Made by a program: the position numbers and the translations under genes
Shown here: positions 37,786 to 50,500 of the stretch, in pieces
Numbering within the stretch: position 1 is the stretch's first letter
Layout: every line of letters begins with the position of its first letter
Notes under the pieces: model-generated
Told to the model about the DNA's origin: nothing
Database searches by the model: none
What the model saw: the letters and a program-made list of their open reading frames with translations, nothing else
Origin: Yuukianura sp. NJ FZ-2021
Lineage: Eukaryota
Assembly: GCA_046563655.1 (NCBI GenBank)
Contig: CM102290.1
Span: 5,270,001-5,334,000, forward strand
Direction of reading: 5' to 3'
DNA length: 64,000 nt

Positions 37786-40700
37786 TCAAAATTTAAGTGT
37801 CGCTTCCTTGGCAAGTCCCAGTTTCCTTAGAGCATGTCGAATGTCCTCGTACACAGAGTTATCCTCAACCGTAGGCGGGATCTAAAAGTTTCAAAATTTC
37901 AAATTATCGTTTGACCTCTCCTCAACGTCAAAGTTTTAAATTTTAGTCAAACCTGACAAGTTTTGTTGCTGGCCAGTTCAGACAAAGATTTTCGAGGAGT
38001 TTTGCCAGACCGAGTTCGTGGAAGTGCTGGAACGGCGACCGCAAGCTTGAAAGCTGCCACGGGCCCCATCTCATCCCTAACCATTGTGACGAGGTCTGCA
38101 CTAATTTCCTTCTCTTCCTTCGTAGCACCTACGACATAACAAACAACTTAGGCGCCAATTTTATAATGTTCTAAGTATTTTAACCTGGTAAATGTTTAAA
38201 ATACTAAAAAATTTAAAATTAAAAAACGTCAAACTAAATCAGAATTTAAGTAGCGAAAGTGCTACTTTATGTTTTTCTCCGAGTGTGTCTGTCTGTCCGT
38301 CTGCCAATAATTTGATACCTTGTTTTATGACGTAGAGACAAAGGGGGACCTGCCCTTTGCCCTTGTGTGTCACCCCGACCACTACAGCATCAGTCACTTC
38401 TGGATGTTCCAAAACAATCTCTTCAAGCGCAGACGTGGAAATCCTGTGGCCAGCGACATTGATGACGTCATCAACCCTGGCCATCACATACAAGAACCCG
38501 TTTTCATCAAGGTAGCCAGCATCCATTGTGTCATAGTAGCCCTATAAAACACGAAACCATTACTCAGGACATTCAACAGTATTATTCCATTTAATTCTAT
38601 TAGCATTACACCAATATCCTAAGTCAATTCAACGATTATGTGCCTCGTGTTTGTTGTTGAATTGGACACAGTTGACCATGTCATTCACTCAACTAAAGTC
38701 CATTGTCGTAAACTTCTTTACTTTGTGTGTAAATTAAACGAGGGTAAACAAGGAGTGGAAGTCGTAAAGGAGATGACACGACTCTTGGCACATTCAGAAC
38801 AAATAACAATGACCATAAACTTTTAGTCATTGTGTTACCTGGAAGTTGTGGAAGTACTGGGCAGCAAACAGCTCGTCAGACTTGAAAAGTGTGTCCATGA
38901 AGCCCGGTGGCATCGGATGCTTACAGACGACGCGCCCCAACTCACCCACTTTACAAGGTCTCCCATTCTCCTGCAGAACTTGTACTAAAATTCAATCAAT
39001 CCAAAGAGGTTTCAGTACGAATTGACTTAATTTGAATCCTAAGGATAAGTACTACTGGATACCTTGGTACCCCGGTACCGGCAGGCCACAACTTCCCTCG
39101 GGCTGTTTGTAGTTGTGTTCCAAACCGACACAAGTAGCTGAAATGGGGTGGCCCGTTTCCGTTTGCCACCAATTGTCCAAAACAGGAACCTGTTTTGTTA
39201 CTTTTTGTTAGAAAGTTTTGAAATGACTCCACGACAGACGATTAATGCTAAGAATGTTGTGGGTGAAGGGAGAAAGTAAGTACATTGAAGGCTTCCGTGG
39301 TCCAAGTTCTCGTTTCATTGTCACAGTGTTCTCCAGCTACACACAAGTACCGTAGTCTGGAAAGACAAAACTAATGTAAAATTGGGAATAAACTTTGTAA
39401 TCCCTGGAATGTTCAAGATTAAACTCTCACGTGGGTGTTTTGAATTTGGATCTAAGTATTTTGTCAGGATCTTCCTTCCGAATGGCGCGAAGTGCAGAGG
39501 GTGCCGTAAACATTGCATTCACTCCATGCTCACTCACAACTCTGCAAATTAGAAATCAACATTAAACGGAATGGGAAGTCATAAAACACAAAGAGGCTCC
39601 ACAAAGACAAAAAGGCTCCGCTGGAATACATTCCAGCGGAGCCTTTTTGTCTTTTTGGTTACCACCAACCTGTAGAACTGCCCAGCATCCGGCGTACCGA
39701 CAGGTTTCCCTTCGTAAAGCACCGTCGTTAGGCGAGACAGGAGTGGACCGTAGCAAATGTACGAGTGACCTACGACCCACCCAAGGTCAGAAGCTCCCCA
39801 CCAAATGTCGCCAGGATCCATGTCGAAAATGGCTTTGAACGTCCAGGGAAGGACAACAGCATGTCCACCAGCAGATCGCACAACGCCCTTGGGGAATCCT
39901 AAGCACAAAATCCTTGGATTTTGATTGGTTGAGTGAAATCCAATGAAAGGTGGATGTTGGGTTAATTCTAACCTAACCTGTTGTGCCAGAGGTGTAGAGA
40001 ATGTAGAGTGGATGATGAGAGGGGAGTGGAATGCAGTCGTGACCTTTCAACCTTCGTCCAACCACTTCTTCCCAGTCCAGATCCCTTCCAGGCTTGAGCG
40101 TCGCTGGAGTGTGAGTTGGTCGTTGGTAAATGATGCAGTGGACATTCGTTGGAAGGTCGGCTAGCCGAATGGCTTCGTCTAGAATCGGCTTGTACCTGAA
40201 AAAAAAACAAAAACAAAACAAATTAATTGAAAAAGTTAATTACTTTCAGTGTCAAGGTTGATATTTAAGTCTCTGCAGCGGTGCCAAGTCATAAACCATG
40301 GCGCTATTTTTTTTTAAATTTGAAATCCCTTGATCCTACAGTCTTTTCAAATTATAAATGAGAGCGTGGTATTTTTAAGTTGCAGTGACTTTTGGAAGTG
40401 TAATTTAAAAAGGAGCTTTCACATTAAGCATTCCCTTTTCACAACAACACTTTTGGAAAGTGACTTTCTCCGGGACGTGTCACTTAGAAACATTTTGGAT
40501 CTTTGGAGGGAAACAGACATCAAAGGACGACAGTGTGAAATGATAAACTAATTTCTCAAATTATGACTCTAAACACAAAAACATTTCCAGCGACATCGTT
40601 TTTTGCATAATGGAGTCAGACACTTGTCGCAGCATTTAGAATTCGAACAGTCTCTTGTCGTAGTCATTTACCAAACAGTTCTGGTGGGCTCAATTCCACA

Positions 40701-42217
40701 ACTGGCAGACAAAATGACTTTGGGCTGAGTATGTCGGATTCTGGACGCAAGTTCTTTGGCCGCAAATCCACCGAATACTACGGAATGAACAGCTCCAATT
40801 CTAGCACAAGCAAGCATCCCAAAAATCGTCTCCGGAATCATCGGCATGTAAATGATCACACGATCTCCCGCTTCAACTCCCAGAGAGACCAATTGACCCG
40901 CCAGCTTCGACACCTACAAAGTCACACAAACAAGTTAGATACATAGTAGTTAAGGGTTTGACATTTTGAGTACCCCACCCGCCCTTATTTTCAGTACCCC
41001 ACCCGCCCTTGCCCTCCCCCCACTACCCTTCTAGCCACACTGGAACTGTAATTACGATCTAAGCAAACATTGGGTGTGTTTTCGCGCCAAAAACTAATAA
41101 AGATGCTCTCTACTACAAAGATACCGCGGGACATCTCCAGCGACATTTTTTTTGAAAAGAAGAGAACACGTACGTAGTTGGGATTCAGGGAAGCGACCAG
41201 CGGGGGAACTTTTATGAATAAGGCTACCCCAAACACAGAACAAACCTTCTCCAGTTTCAATAAAAGTTCCAGGAAAACTTTGTTGTCGAAGGCTCTTGTT
41301 CATTAGGGGGGAAAGAATTGTACGGGATACTACGTTCCAGATCTAATTCACACCAATAGAATCTTCTACCGTGTGACTTTAGTAGGTAGGAACTTTCAAA
41401 TAGTAACTTTGAAATTGTGAATATAAACTGGAGCAAGCCTGGAAGTTACTAATTTCCTGTCACTCATTAAAATGAGATTAATTCGGCTAGAGACAAGGGA
41501 GGTGTAGACCACTGGAGTTCTCTTGGGGTTGGGCTCAGTAGATCAGCTGGATTACTATTATGTTATATGAATTACATGTAACAAATTTATATCAATGGAT
41601 TTGACTAACTGACGTTCATGAAACGTACCGCGTCCAGAGTCTGTCGATACGTGTATTTTTTAACTGTCTGAGTAACGGGGCTGTCGTAGATGATGGCCGT
41701 CTGGTTCCCGTCGTGTCCCTCGACATGCCGATCCAAAGCATTGTAACAAACGTTCAGCTCCCCACCGGGAAACCTTCAAAAGATCAATCTCATTCCATTA
41801 ACGTTTCGTGAACGTTCATTCTTCCAAGTAACAGTCAGTGATCTTAGGTCACTGACATGTACGTACAATGTCAAGTTCCTCACCACTTTGTCCTTGGATA
41901 CGCCTGCGTCTGCAACACTCGATCGTACTTTTTGAACCACGTGATTTGATTGGCTGCTTGTTCCCAAAACTCTTCTGGATCATCTACGGACTTTTTGTAC
42001 GCTTCTTCATACGCCGACGGACAACCCCTAAACAATTTCAAAAAATTCAAAAAGAAAAACGTTCAAAAATCGTAAAATTTCCTGTTTGTATCACTGCCAC
42101 CGGAAGGACTTACGTGTGAGCCGATTTGGCATGGACGGAAGTGGCCGTATGGATGAAATGGCGCCTTTTCACAAACCGCGCCAATTTTGAAATCCTTTGT
42201 TGTGCTGAAGGCCACAT
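37786..42217 (-). CDS. ACSS3: Acyl-CoA synthetase short-chain family member 3 (propionyl-CoA synthetase-like), mitochondrial
   Basis: Arg-rich transit-like start [134 protein letters not shown]. Confidence 0.93.
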
Positions 42218-43613
42218 AGTGGTTTTTAGCGGGAAATTTGGAAGAGGAGTAGCCTAGGGTAGGGTGGCCATTGATCGGAAGATGAAACTGGATCTTTAAC
42301 TGTGCAAAAATAAATATTTGCGATGGCACAGCTGACTTTGTGCTAAAAATCTACCAGGGTCGACCCAAATTCACTTGACAGTTCACTTTTTTGTGCATGG
42401 AGAGGAGCATATTAGAGTTAGTATTGACTTTAGGCAACTCTTGTGTAAAAGTGCGTTGTGAATTCCAGAGATATGGGCTTCACAACATCAGTATTCACAA
42501 ATTCAACAGCCACAACAACCCATTCACAACTGCGGACTGTGAAGGAGGTTCTTGTGGTCGCCATGGCAACGGACAACAAAATCCCACCAACGTCTTTCTC
42601 TCGTGCCGTTGATGACCTCCCTTGAGTCCACTTTTGACAAACGAATTTTGAAAATTCATAATGTTCCATTTTAAACTCAAAAGTTTTTTGTAGAAAGTAA
42701 AATTAAAGTTGAAATTGAAATCAAAACTGGAAGAGTTGAAGCAGAAAAAAAGAAAGCGAGTGAAAGCAAGACATTTTTGATTTGTCGTTTCGGAGTGAGT
42801 GACATTCGGCGGTTTTTGTGTTTGGCGTTTTTTTATGTTACATGTTTTTTATGTTTATTGAAAAGTTGTCTGTTTTTGGAACATTTTGGAACGTTGAAAT
42901 TGGAGTGGAGGATGAAACGGGGAGTTGTGTTTCTGCATGTCACTTTATTCCGAGAACGTTTGTGTCATTTTGACTTTTCCCGCTAAAGTCAAACACAACT
43001 TTTGGAAGAAAGGCATCTCCGTTTCCCATTTTGTGAAAATGGTCTTTTTGTGTCCAGTGTTTCTGGACGACTGGCTCATCATGTTGCTGGAAACTTGGAG
43101 GAAACTGGACATGGTTTGTCTTGAAATGTGCCCCTATAATGTGTCTGTCTGGGGACAGATGACTGGTCGTTGTGATGTGGGAAGTGGGGCATGTGGGTCA
43201 TGTCATCACGGGAAGTGGCTTTATAGTGGGGATCGAGCCACCCCTCCCCACCATGGTGGGACATTCCACAGAATACGCCACAAACACGATGTCCATATTG
43301 GAGGGGGTGTGTGTGGGCGATGAAAGTGTCCTGCAGGGAAGTTTTCACCTACCGCCCAACCCCCCCCCCTCTCACAAATATGCTTTTATCCCCTCCCACC
43401 CCTGAACTTACTAATTTCGAAATTGAAAAAATGAAATTCAGTGCATAATGAAATGAACATTCAAAAGTGAAGTGTCATGAATAGAATGCCTTTTTTCAGA
43501 TCGTTTGAAGATGAAGATGATCTTTGAATGTTGGCGGGAGGGGGTTGAGTGTCCGGGGAGGAGGGCGGGACGGGGTGCGTTTAATGAAATCCACTTTCTC
43601 TGCTTTCTCTTGC

Positions 43614-43802
43614 TATAAAAGCCAACATCCTCCTCACTCCATCTTCACATCCGATTTCCGTCTTGACTCAAACACACAACTTTCTTCAGGCAAACCACCC
43701 TCCTAAACCTATTCCAGCCAAAGGTCAATTTGAACAACACCAACAGTGTCAAACCAACACTTTGCCTTCCCCCTTCCACTTTCAAAACTCAAACTTCTCA
43801 AG
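43614..43802 (+). promoter_or_regulatory. TATA box and probable non-coding exon 1 of myosuppressin
   Basis: CTATAAAAG at ~43614, donor AAG|GTAAGT after 43802, and acceptor AACAG immediately before the ATG exon at 45911. Confidence 0.6.
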
Positions 43803-44000
43803 GTAAGTTAACATTTCACACAAAAACTAACATGTTGTTCTAACTTTAAAAAAAAGGAAAGTTCGATAATGAAAACGTGTTTTGGGAAAATTGGAAAAAC
43901 GGTCGAAATTCTTTCCGTGTTTTCAATTTTGTCAGTTTCGTACAAAATTGAAACAGGATCGCTTCTATTTCCTATGAGTCGAAAAACGGTAAAGTAAAGG

Positions 44001-44746
44001 CGTAACCAGGCATTAACGGACGGTCACTAACGGCCCGATATACTAACGGACGGTCACGAACGGACGTTCACTAACGGACGGTCCCCAACGGACGTTCACT
44101 AACGGACGGTCACCAACGGACGGGCACTAACGGACAGTCACCAATGGACACATACTCTAATGGACACTTACTCTAACGGACGGTCACTAATGGACATTGA
44201 CACCTTGTTTCAGTCACTGAAAATTTACAAATTTTTGAAACGCAGCGACCAAGGTGGGTAAACAAGCAATTGTTGATTGCTACAAGGCTACAATTATTGT
44301 AGCAATTCAATTGGTTGCTATAGCAACCTTGCGCAGCGACAATCAAGTCGGCTCTGAATTCAAGTTGGCAACATTATTTACTAATTAATTCAGTAAATCT
44401 GCTTTAATTTTCCCGCGCCGAAGGCGCGGTGTTAGGTTATAAAAATTGACAGTAGTGATTAGGTTGTAGGTTAGGTTAATTAACTTAGGCTATTGCCGCT
44501 AGGTTCAAAAATCAGTTAATTTTCAGTGACTGAAGCAACGTGTGTCAATGTCCATTAGTGACCGTGTCCACTAGAGTAAGTGTCCATTAGAGTATGTGTC
44601 CATTGGTGACCGTCCGTTGGTGCCCGTCCGTTGGTGACCGTCCGTTAGTGAACGTCCGTTGGGGACCGTCCGTTAGTGACCGTCCGTTCGTGACCGTCCG
44701 TTAGTATATCGGGCCGTTAGTGACCGTCCGTTCGAGTCCGGGAATC
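44001..44746. mobile_element. Foldback-like MITE with ~210-bp inverted arms built of ~14-bp units (AACGGACGGTCACT)
   Basis: Arms ~44015-44225 and ~44518-44732 are near-perfect reverse complements; flanked by direct repeat AGTAAAGG. Confidence 0.9.
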
Positions 44747-45012
44747 AGTAAAGGTAAAGTACATACGTGAAGGAAAGTCTAAAACTTTCCATTTGTACTT
44801 TTGGAGTGAAAGTGAGCATCTTTTGAATTTGAAGTTCAAATTTTAGTACCATAACATTAGCTTAGCTTACTCTAACATTTTGGCTCATGGGAACTTTCAC
44901 CATGCCACCAGACAAAAGGAGCAGAGAAAGTTCTGTTTCATTTGGTCCATGGAATTCCTTTTCCTGCTAAGCAGAGAATGTTTCCACCTGTAGCACACAG
45001 AACACGCAATTT

Positions 45013-45296
45013 CAAGGTTCCTTGACAACGAAAAGTTAATTTTCTTAAACAGGTTGGGTACTACCTCACTTGTTGACAAAAAAAAAACGAAAAAGAAAAA
45101 AAATTAGTATCAAATTAGTACCAATCCAAAAAAAAAAAAAAATGGTACCAATTCTTATGCAAAATTTAAAAAAAATTAACTGTATTGTGATGACTACGAT
45201 GCCTTGAAATGAAAAGGTACTTTTTTGCAAAATCAAAAAAAAAAAACATCAGGTATTACTCAACCTGTTAAAGAAAATCAAAGTCAACAAACCTTG
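45013..45296 (-). mobile_element. CAAGG-terminated MITE, copy D (myosuppressin intron, splice signals antisense to host)
   Basis: Both termini closely match copy B (CAAGGTTCCTTGACAAC ... AAAGTCAACAAACCTTG); no TSD visible. Confidence 0.9.
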
Positions 45297-45911
45297 AGAG
45301 AGACTTCGTCACAACGTAATTCATTGAGCCGAATGTGCTGGATGTGCTGGGGATGCTGCCTGGTGACGAGGGTGGTTCCGCGAAGTGTATGTTGTGGACA
45401 ATCCCAGAGTCACGTAACATCTTTGAATCACTTTGGAGATGAAGATGATGATGATGTTTGTGAAGTGGGTGGGAAGTGACGCACTGTTGACATCAATCAT
45501 TGACTAACCTAGGCTCAAGTGTCTTAATTACTCCTAATGCATAACAGAAATACCTCTCGAAGTGACGATCAGTTCCAGTTGACACTGTCACTGGCCTTCC
45601 CCAAGTCAATCACGCCAGGTTTTTAGCGTGGAGTTCACTTAACACTCAAATCGAAACATAAACAGAGACGGAAGCGATCCGGACAAAAAATTTCTCTTTT
45701 CCTCTCTTTCTCCGCACCAAAAAAGTTTGCTCTTTATCTAGTTAACTAGTTATCTTAGTTATTTTAGTTATTTAGTTATCTTGATCTTAAAATCAGTGAA
45801 AGTCCGGAAGTTCCGGAAACCTTTGAAAAAGTTTAACCCTGTTTGTTTTGACTTGAAAATTGAAATATTTCAAGTTCAAATTTTGAATTGAAAGTTCTGT
45901 TTTTGAACAGA

Positions 45912-46602
45912 ATGAAGCAGTCCGTGTCTTGTGTGGTTGTGTTGATGGTGTGGATGGCTCTGATGCTACTGGAGAATGAGGGCGTGGCTTCCATGGCCGT
46001 GTCAGTGGGTGACATGGCCCAGCAGTGTGACCCAGACGTTCTCCAGCAAGTTGACTCAGCCAAAATCAGAAGGATTTGCAACTTTCTCCAAAACTACGCT
46101 GTCGCCATGCAGCAACTCAACAGGGAAGGCGGAGGTAGGTTCAAATCTTGCCCCAGGCAAAACGAAAAAAAAAATATGGGAAAATCCAATTTTCACTTTA
46201 ATTGAAAAAAAAAACTTCATAGAATTTTTTAAAAACTTTTCGTCTTTTAAAAACCGGAAATAATTTTGGAAAGTGGGGAAAAAGTTAAACTTAGAAATTT
46301 GCTATTTTTTAAAAAATAGTTTTTAGAGCAACAAACTTTGAAGACAAAAAATTTACACAAATTTTGAAATGAAAGTGGAAAAAATTAAGACCAAAAACAT
46401 TAACAATTGCAACGCAACTTTGCACTATAAATAAACAATTAAAATTAGTTTAAGTATAATAAATTATAATAATATAATAATTAATTAATATAATAAATAA
46501 TTAATTACAGGAGTGTTATACCCTGACGGAATGATGGAGAATGGAGTCAAACGACAAGACGTTGATCACGTGTTCCTCCGATTCGGACGAAGACGGCGCT
46601 AA
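45912..46602 (+). CDS. Ms: Myosuppressin neuropeptide precursor (exons 45912-46134, 46511-46602)
   Basis: Signal peptide, two-Cys propeptide (QCDPD...KIRRIC), then [17 protein letters not shown], giving [16 protein letters not shown]. Confidence 0.97.
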
Positions 46603-47522
46603 AATTTGAGACGCCAAATACGAAAAACAGTTTTTGACATTTTGCGTTTTTCAGTTTTACAAATTTTTTTGAAACTCAGTATTTTTTTAAACTTCATTTT
46701 TGTTTTGTACACATTTTTAAGTGAGAAACTTTAGATTTGTTAGGTTAAACTAACTTAAGTTAGGTTCCTTTTGTTCAAATAAGGTTATTTTTAAAACATC
46801 GTACCATTTTTCAGTATTTGTTGACTAATTTAAGGTTTCGCCAAGTTTATTGTGAAGGAGGGAGGAGGAAAATTCCTAAAAATCGTACTTTCATAAAATA
46901 GCGCCATTTTCAAAAAAAGTGAGTCCAGTCATTCCCAGTGTCACAAGGAGGTGACAACGAATAATACTTAAGGACATGATGATCCAGAGGACACGATGAC
47001 CATTTAGTTGACACAGGTCAGTCGTCCACCACTCCACTAGTCCAAGACTCTTCAGTTTTCAAAATCAACCGCCAAGAATTCAAAAGTCACTGCACTTCAC
47101 TCCAATTGCACCCGTTGACCTCTGACCTTGTCTTGTAATTAGCAGTACACTTTTAGCAATTGTTCGGACGTTACACAAAACATCTTTGTAGCTTCCAAAA
47201 AATAAAATCAAGAAATAATATGCTTGAAATCAAACTTTATTTTTCATTGTCAACAAAACTAATGTTTCCCGCTTTCACTCAAAATTAGGTCAACATAAAC
47301 CTCTCGTTTTTATAAGTTAGTGTGCATGCATTGATTTTGGTAAATAATACTTGCCAGTTTGCAGAGATCGACTCTACTCTCGTAGCAGAAACAGTCTAAG
47401 TCCTATAGTTGAGTACTTCCGCCACACTTTGACCTTTCGTCACTTCCGAAGTTTGTCTTCACTTTTCGTCATATCCGCAGTTTGTCTTTCCCGGTTTGGT
47501 TTTGGACATTCCAAATCTTCAT

Positions 47523-50500
47523 TCATTCATCTTGAATCGTTGAGGTAGGGTTGGGCGGGAGACTCAGCACGGCGTCTCCACCTACACTGATGAGACACTG
47601 ACCCTGCGCAGAACAAAAAAAAAATCAAAACTAGTCTAATTTGCACCAGTGTTGTATATATTAGCTCCGCCCCTTGCCTGATTCTTGTGCGGGTTGTACA
47701 GGAGAGACAACTCTGTCATGAAGAAAGACACCAAAGCGTTTCCTCCAAGAGCAGAAACGTGACCTCTCAGAATCGCTGTCACTTCCATCACGAAACTGTG
47801 TACGAACCCGGTAGGCCCGCCCATCTATTACCAAAAACGGAATGTTAGTAATGCTATAAAAAAAATAATGTTATAGTGTATGGTCGGTTGCTTTGGTTAC
47901 CTCCTTGATGCTTGTAGTCTCTCGGATGAAGAAAAAGTTGAGGTTGCCCAAATACTTTTCAATTCGTTGCCCAGGGATGTGAGAGAGCGTCGTAATCTCA
48001 ATGATTCCACGTGCCTTGATGCCCGTCTATGAAAAAAATTAGGATTTTGAAATCAAAAATACAAAATTACAATCTCTCAGTTTGGCTTAAGTTGAGACCA
48101 AGGTTTGTTGACTTTGATTTTGTCTAACAGGTTGGGTAATACCTCATTTTCTTTTTTTGTTTTGATTTTGCAAAAAAGGTGTATTTTCATTTCAGGGCAT
48201 CGTAGTCATAACAATACAGCCGATTTTCTTTAAACTTTTGCACACGAATTGGTAGCAATTTTTCAAATTCTTACTAAAATTGGTATCAATCTTTTTTTTT
48301 TTCGTTTTTCTGTCAACAAGCGAGGTAGTATCCAACCTGTTAAAGAAAATAACTTTTCGTTGTCACGGAACCTTGGTTGAGACTTTTTCTCAAAAATTAC
48401 AATTATTCTTCCATTTTGGGGCTAGTTGAGACTTTTTTTTTTCTCAAAAACGTTGGACTTACGTTAGTGGAAGATCTGGATCTGGCCAATGGAGGTATGG
48501 AGCAGACGGGGATCGGCACACCGCCTTGTTCTAGGTGGGGGCAGGGGGTGGGGGGCAGGAGGGGGATTTTGTTCAACACGGCCGACGGGATGTAGCGATT
48601 GAGAGAATTTTGAGTGGTGAGGGGACAACCGCTTGGACAAAATTTAGCACCACCTCCAGCACCTTTTCCCATTGACTCTGAGCCCTCCAGAGAGTTGAGG
48701 CGGGAGAGGTGAGAGGCCGAGGGGGATGAAACCATAATAGCCGTGACAGGATTCGAAGTGGCGACTACCGTCGTGCATGTCCTTGGCACAGTCCACAAAC
48801 TGCTTTCACCCAAACATTCTCCACTCAACGTATGCTTTCCCTCACACTCCAAGTTGAATATCATCTCTCCATTTTCATCTCCACCACAACCTGCAAAAAT
48901 ATACAAACCAAAAAAAATCAAAACCAAAAGTTCATTTCCCCAAAACGTAAACTTTTTTTAGCATTACACAAAGCTCTCGCGCCAGGCAACAAGAGTCAGT
49001 CTAACTTTTGACATTTGCAAACCATCTTACTTTTCTAAAATCTGAAAAGGAAGAACTGTGGCCATGAAATGAATTCAAAGAAAAACGTAAGGAAAAACTC
49101 ATTAGTTGGTTGTAGAGTGCCTGTGAACTCAATTACTGTTGAGTAGTATCTCTTGTGGGGAATAAAAATAAGACTTGGGAGAATTGGATCTCATTTGATC
49201 CGCTTCAAAGTTCTTGTTTTTCTAATAAGTTCCAGGAGTTATTACTATTCATAACTTCATTCTCTCCAATCCAATCACATCTCCAAGCTATTTACAATCT
49301 CAGCATGTTGAATTAGTTACTCCCTCCAAAACTCACGCCCTTTCTTACTTTCTCAAGGAATTCTTAATAAATTGAATACCAAAGAGTGTCACCCCAACAA
49401 AATTCCTTCGCTAAACGAGTCACAGCTAATTAAAAATAGTTTGTCTAAAATACTTTTCAGAATTGGATTTCAAAAAAAAATTTTTTTTTAAACTTCTTTA
49501 AAAAAAAACTTTTTTTTCTCTTTCTTTTTTTTTTTTGAAAAACTGCATTTTTGCTTACCTTTTGGTTGTAGCATGGGAGAGTGAGAAGCTGAGGTGGCCA
49601 GGACCGTGTTGGAGCCGCTTCTACTCTCCGAAGGTAAACTTGTCATTTTTTCTTTGAGGCCGAGAGCTGTGCCTGCAGATATCAGAATCAATTTTATCCT
49701 AAACTTTTATCTTAACCTTTTATCCTAAACTTTTATCTTAACCTTTTATCCTAAACTTTTATCTTATTTACAAAAGTTTTCTCTTACCTGTTACACAAAC
49801 TTGCATCTCATCTGCTTCTGGAAGTTCCAAACGCAGGCGGATTTTGGTTAGAATGCATGGCCGCATTGAACGCAGTTTGAACGAGATTGACTAAAAAAAC
49901 ACAAAAATAAAAGCTCAAGTCAAGAAAAACTATTTCTTGATTTCCGATTTCAAAAAATTTCAAAAAAAAAGTTTCCAAAAATTGATTCCTGCTGATTACC
50001 CTTAGAATTCGGTCGAAATGTGCTGAGAGTTGGCGAAGTGAGAGCGAGGGAATTCTGCATCTCCAGACATGGATGAACATTTGTTGTTTTGAGATCGTAA
50101 AGTCGTCGTAGCCAAGTACATGTTCCAGATTGCTCATGTCAAATCCAATACTGGGTGGACTGGGGTCAATCAACTCTGAAATGATTTCAATGTCCTCCGA
50201 ATCATCAACTTCCAAGACATAAGTGTCCTTGTTCCCCGTTGCCAAATTCATCAGTGGAGAATCATCTTCAGACTCATTTTCAGAACTGTCCGACTCTCCA
50301 GTGCCCTACAAACATTCAAACACAAAAACTCAATTGAAATTGAAAAAAAACTAGAAAAATACAAACTGAAAAAAAAGGCGTAAAGACAGGAATTCAGAGC
50401 GGGAGAGTTAGCTCAATGGTGAGAGCGATTACTCCGGAAAGGTACGAGTTGGTTCGAGTCCAACTCAAGCCAAATATTTTTTTTCTCTCTCTTTCTTGCA

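Noticed and set aside
37786..42217. ACSS3 as a horizontally acquired bacterial prpE
   Set aside because: Many introns and a mitochondrial-type presequence; ACSS3 is an ordinary animal gene.
44011..44732. Regular short repeats resembling a CRISPR array
   Set aside because: No unique spacers, an inverted-arm layout and a eukaryotic context; it is a foldback MITE.
1686..46602. Neuropeptide receptor and neuropeptide precursor in one window as a cognate pair
   Set aside because: The receptor is kinin-type and the peptide is myosuppressin; they are non-cognate and ~42 kb apart.
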